Source of the DNA: Nanobdellati archaeon
GTDB lineage: Archaea; Nanobdellota; Nanobdellia; Woesearchaeales; JAADFO01
Assembly (NCBI GenBank): GCA_013152815.1
Contig: JAADFO010000076.1
Location: 1-23,202, forward strand
Length of the DNA stretch: 23,202 nt
Direction of reading: 5' to 3'
Shown here: positions 18,901 through 23,202 of the stretch, piece by piece
Position numbering within the stretch: the first letter of the stretch is position 1
How the letters are laid out: the number at the start of each line of letters is the position of its first letter
Program-made: the position numbers and the translations under genes
Notes under the pieces: generated by a model
Told to the model about the DNA's origin: nothing
Databases searched by the model: none
Seen by the model: the letters and a program-made list of their open reading frames with translations, nothing else

Positions 18901-21900
18901 ATGCCGAGCTGACTGACCGCAACAGGAACCTCCTCACGGATGATGACGGATCTGCTCTCAATGCGAGCGCCGAGTTCCTCATCCTCCCCCCCAACGTGAA
19001 TCTCGAAACGAACTCCATAACGATATATGACGTCACCGGCGCCGCCAACACCCATACGAACATATCCAGTCTCATAGCCACCGGACTGAACACCACCTTT
19101 GACCTCTTCACCAACAGGACCTATCGGATTGAGATCGCGGTCAATGTCCAGACGGACAGCAGCGACTATGTCATCAACAGTTCCAACGTCTCCCACAGCT
19201 TCCTCAACCAGAACTGGGTCATCGACCAGGCAACAGACATCTGGTACGTCGAGTTCGAGAACACCTATACAGGAGGCAACCTCTCCAGCCAGAACGTGAC
19301 ATGGAACACCTCCCTCGGAGGGACCGTCAGCCAACTCAACAGCGTGACCTTCTACTATGTGGTCAATATCACCCCCGGCACCGGCGGAGACTATCCCGTC
19401 CGGTTCGCCATCACCAACCCCAGCTATCAGGAAGAGGACCGTTCCCATTTCAACGTCATCGAGTCAGAGCAGACCCCTCCGGCGCTCTTCGACGGCATAT
19501 ACTCCCTTTCCCCGGCCGTCCTGCACCGTGGCGAGCCGTTCACCATCTACGCACGATGGCAGGAGATGATCAAGAATGCCAGCATCGAATTCAACGGGAC
19601 ATCGGCCAGCCTCCAGAACACCACCCTGACCTTGCCAGACCCCAACCCGGACAACTGGACAAATATGACCATCACCACCAACGCCTCCTGGCTCCTGGGG
19701 ACCCATGCGGCCAAGCTCTTCGCATGGGATGCGAATGACAACCTCAACAACACCCTGCCCTATCGGTCCGTCGAGGTCTGGGGCTATGCGAACATCTCCC
19801 AGACGATGATCAACGATTCGGTCATCGATGTGAACGGCAGCATATCCTTCTCCTGCCAGGTCATGCTGGACAACGGCAGCCCCTCCACAGGATACAATGT
19901 CACGTTCTTCAACGGCACCGAAGACAGCATAGGAACCGCGCTTACCAATGCGACCGGTTGGGCGAGCATCACCTACACAGACGGGTCTGCCGGCCTCGAG
20001 AACCTCACCTGCAACATCAGCCATGCCCCTTCCCTGTTCCTGAACAGGACAGCGCCTTACAGCGCTCTCGTCGGCCTGAAGACCCTGGAGGGGAAAGCCC
20101 CCTGGTGGAGCGGGCAGAACCAGACCACCGATGTCGCCCACAAGGGCGATACGGTATACCTCTGGGCAGACTGGTTCGACAATCTTGAACTCGACCAGGC
20201 AGTGCTCTCCTCCAACGAGACAGGAAGCTTCCTGAACAATTCCCTGACCAGTGCCCTCTCCCTCAGCGGAAACGAATCGGTGGCCAATTTCACTGTCTCC
20301 CTGTCCACGACGATGAACCGCGGCCCGTTCCGATGGAAGATCCATGCCAACGACACCTCTGACAACTGGAACGTCACCGCCGCATTCACCCTGACGGTAT
20401 GGGGCTGGGCAGAGACGGCCTCGATCTCCTTGTCCCCGGCGAGCATGTTCGTCACCAACACCACCACCATCCTCTGCAGGGTCATCGACGCCAATTCCTC
20501 GGCAGGCATCGGGAACTACAACGTGTCATTCTACAACGGCAGCAACGCGCTCATAGGCACGTCGCTCACCAACGCCAGCGGGTATGCCCAGATGAACTAC
20601 ACGGACAACTCATCCGGAATCGAGACGATCACCTGCAACATCTCTGACTGGCCAACGGCCTACTACAACGCATCCTCTGCCAACAGCAGACAGGACGACC
20701 TCAACACCCTGCCCAACGGCTTTGACATCTACCCGCCGATAACGCTCAGCTATGGGATGAGCGACTATGCGATAATCAGAGGAGAGAACACCACCATCTA
20801 TGCCCAGTGGAACGAGACCATCAACCGATCACAGGTGCAATATAATGGGACGGCGACGACCCTGGAGACGTTCAACGTCTCTGAGCCGTTCCCCGGCAAC
20901 TGGACCAACCACACCATCCTGACCAACCAATCCTGGCTCCCCGGCAGGCATGCGGCCAAGCTCATCGCATGGGACCAGAACCAGAACAAGAACGACACGC
21001 TCCCCTATCTCTGGTTCAACGTCTCGGGATACAGCAAGGTATTCTGGCACGCCCCCCGGGGAAGCGTCGTGGACGAACTCATGAACATGACCTGTAACGT
21101 GAGCGACCGGGACCTGGGCGGGGCCATAGCAGATTACCCTGTCTATTTCTACAATGGCAGCTTCGACTTCATCGGCCTGGCGAACACAGACAGCCTGGGC
21201 CAGGCGACGGTGACGGTCAACGTCTCAGGAAAGACCGGAACAGAGACCTATTACTGCCAGATCAACGACGAGTCCTCGCTCTTCTACGTGGTGAACGGTG
21301 TTGCAGGTGATGACCAGTCCTCGCAATCCATCCTCTTCGGAGATCAGGCACCATCGGTATCGTTGCAGTATCCCGGGTCAGGATACAACAGCACCAGCAC
21401 CACGATCCCCTTCAATTTCACTGCGATAGACGACTACGATACCAACATGACCTGTAACCTCTCGATCGACGGAAGCGTCGTGGCCTCTTCGATAACAGCA
21501 CCGAACAACACCATGGTCAACCGATCGGTCTCCGGAATCGGACAGGGAGCACACACCTGGAACGTGACCTGTTGGGACTCCAACCCCCTGCAGGGATACA
21601 GTGCCACAAGGAGCTTCACGGTCGACAGCCTCCCGCCGACGATAACCGTGATGACACCACCAGACCACTATTGGCACACCGCCAACGTGACTTTCCAGTT
21701 CAACGTCTCAGACCAGACAGGGGTGCAGAATTGCAGTCTCATCCTGGATGGGACGGTGAACCAGACACTGAACAGCTCTGAACTGAGCGACCCGAACAAT
21801 TTCACCCTGACGGACCTCACCGAAGGAGCCTACAGATGGAACATCACGTGCATCGATAGTTTCAGCCAGGTGTCTTCCTCACCCCTCCGGAACTTCACCA

Positions 21901-23202
21901 TCGACCGGACCGTGCCGGGCATCACCCTGCATGATCCCGCCAACGGCACGCTGCAGCACGGAGCGCTCATAGTCTTCAACTTCACGGCGACCGACAACCT
22001 GGACACCGATCTCCTGTGCAATATCACATCTGATGGATCTGTGCTCATCTCCCAGATAAGCGCCCAGAACGGCTCAGCCACCAATGTCAGCCATGATTAC
22101 GGTTTCGAGGGGGTCGGGATCCATCACTGGAACGTGACCTGCCTGGACAATGCCACCAACCTGAAGGTCAGCGAGACCTGGTGGTTCAACATCACCGTGA
22201 TCGCGAACATCAGCCTCGTGGGTCCGGCCAACGGAAGCTGGCATCAGAAGAACGTGAACTTCACCTACCTCCCCAAGGACATCAACGGGCTGGACAACTG
22301 CACGCTCTGGATCGATGGGGTCGTGAACAAGACCGTCTCGCCCATCACGAATTACAACGAGAACACCATCGGCCTCGAGAACATCTCCGAAGGGCCCCAC
22401 AACTGGACCATGGCCTGCTATAACTCAAACGCAGACCTGAGACAGGCCAACCAGACCTGGTGGTTCAACATCGACCGTTCGGCTCCGACCATAACGATCC
22501 ATGACCCCGCAGACGGCAACGTGACAGACCAGACGTCGGTATCGTTCAACTTCACCGCCACAGACAACATGGGAACGCCCCTGCTCTGCAACCTCACCCT
22601 GGACGGCCAGGTCAACAACACAAGCCCCATCTCTGCACCCAACGGCACGCCGACGAACCTGACCGTGTCGGGCATCAATGACGGCACGCATCACTGGAAC
22701 ATCACCTGTCTTGACAATGCGTCCAACAGCGGTACGAGCCCCACCAGGAACTTCACCATCAACGTCCCTCCGACGGTGACATTGGAAAATCCCGGAAACG
22801 GCTCCTATCAGAACTCCAGCACGGTGATCTTCACCTACACGCCGACAGACGGAGAGAATCTCACGAGCTGCAACCTCATCTTCGACCAGACCATCAACCT
22901 CACCAACACGACCATCACCAACGGGGGAATGAACAATTTCACCCTCGGCGGCATCGACGAAGGCAAGCATTCCTGGACCGTCAACTGCACCGATCCCGCG
23001 AACAATGTAGGGACCGCCACCGCCAGGGTCCTGACCGTGGACACGACGAGACCGAACGTCACGCTCATCGATCCGCCCGACGGCAATGTGACCAACAGTT
23101 CGACCATCCTCTTCCGGTTCAACGGGACCGACAACATAGCCACCACCCTGCTCTGCAACCTCACCCTGGACGGCCAGGTCAACAACACAGCATCCATCTC
23201 TG
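12054..23202 (+). CDS. Giant adhesin, segment 3 (>3,700 codons, runs off the window; absent from the ORF track): three more DUF2341-like cassettes and many Ig-like stalk repeats
   Basis: Same frame as ATG 3240. Hand translation at many points (LIFKGTANG at 12054, WWNASFRNR at 13164, WWNTSFGYRK at 14727, WWNPDYLHRK at 17739, LLCNLTLDGQVNNT at the edge) stays in this frame. The track lists no stop-terminated ORF in this frame here, consistent with no stop codon. Confidence 0.9.
14345..18990 (+). repeat. Second pair of homologous Ig + DUF2341 + LamG-like modules (~14345-15990 and ~17370-18990)
   Basis: Shared protein motifs: GYG.DV.I...VTD, WWN....RK.I.VTNND, LVAAGK...C.DLR, SVAG.TRAPGPIVR..D..NYWW.E, IFRPKIGG.DQGW, TQHTGTGE.V.FD, GYL.M.VQ. 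Confidence 0.85.
19470..21340 (+). repeat. Third repeated stalk module pair (~19470-20080 and ~20730-21340)
   Basis: RGE..TIYA.W.E.I, NWTN.T..TN.SWL.G.HAAKL.AWD.N.N.N.TLPY present in both copies. Confidence 0.8.
21342..23202 (+). repeat. Array of at least seven ~95-aa Cys-paired Ig-like repeats alternating between two subtypes
   Basis: Starts near 21342, 21625, 21903, 22200, 22473, 22761, 23040. Type A: FNFTATDN....L.CN.T.DG; type B: F.Y.P.D..GL.NC.L..DG; complete repeats end G.H.W..C.D-like. Confidence 0.85.

Noticed and set aside
18986..18992. C7 homopolymer as a phase-variation tract
   Set aside because: Short, in frame (Leu-Pro-Pro) and unremarkable in 20 kb of GC-rich coding sequence.
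7..23197. The many minus-strand and short alternative-frame ORFs in the track (e.g. 859-1686, 908-1918, 5724-6779, 10691-11530, 19464-20345)
   Set aside because: They overlap long + strand genes with coherent domains and look like shadow ORFs caused by biased codon usage; no recognisable motifs.

Overview
Archaeal-type DNA with all credible genes on the + strand; the gene families and promoter style suggest a DPANN (Woesearchaeota-like) genome, which is an inference. The window holds a 5'-truncated charged protein with a DUF5752-like domain (<1-750) and a coiled-coil protein (941-2071). A 590-bp intergenic region follows, with four ~26-bp AT-rich tandem repeats, BRE/TATA-like elements and a perfect 18-bp palindrome. 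Next is a winged-HTH protein with an apparently degenerate nucleotidyltransferase-like C-terminus (2660-3256), overlapping the start of one giant surface glycoprotein/adhesin gene that runs from 3240 off the right edge (>6,650 codons). The ORF track shows only two pieces of that gene (3240-10199, 9911-12310) and misses the third, a stop-free ~11.1-kb frame from ~12054 to the edge. The two frameshifts that split it fall at the same homologous position in two copies of a ~1.97-kb internal duplication and have opposite sign. The protein appears nested: an FG-GAP propeller and five DUF2341-like cassettes (four carrying LamG/ConA-like domains) sit inside loops of sequon-rich stalk domains. No rRNA, tRNA, CRISPR array, transposase or reverse transcriptase was recognised. 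All domain names come from motif recognition by eye, not from database searches.
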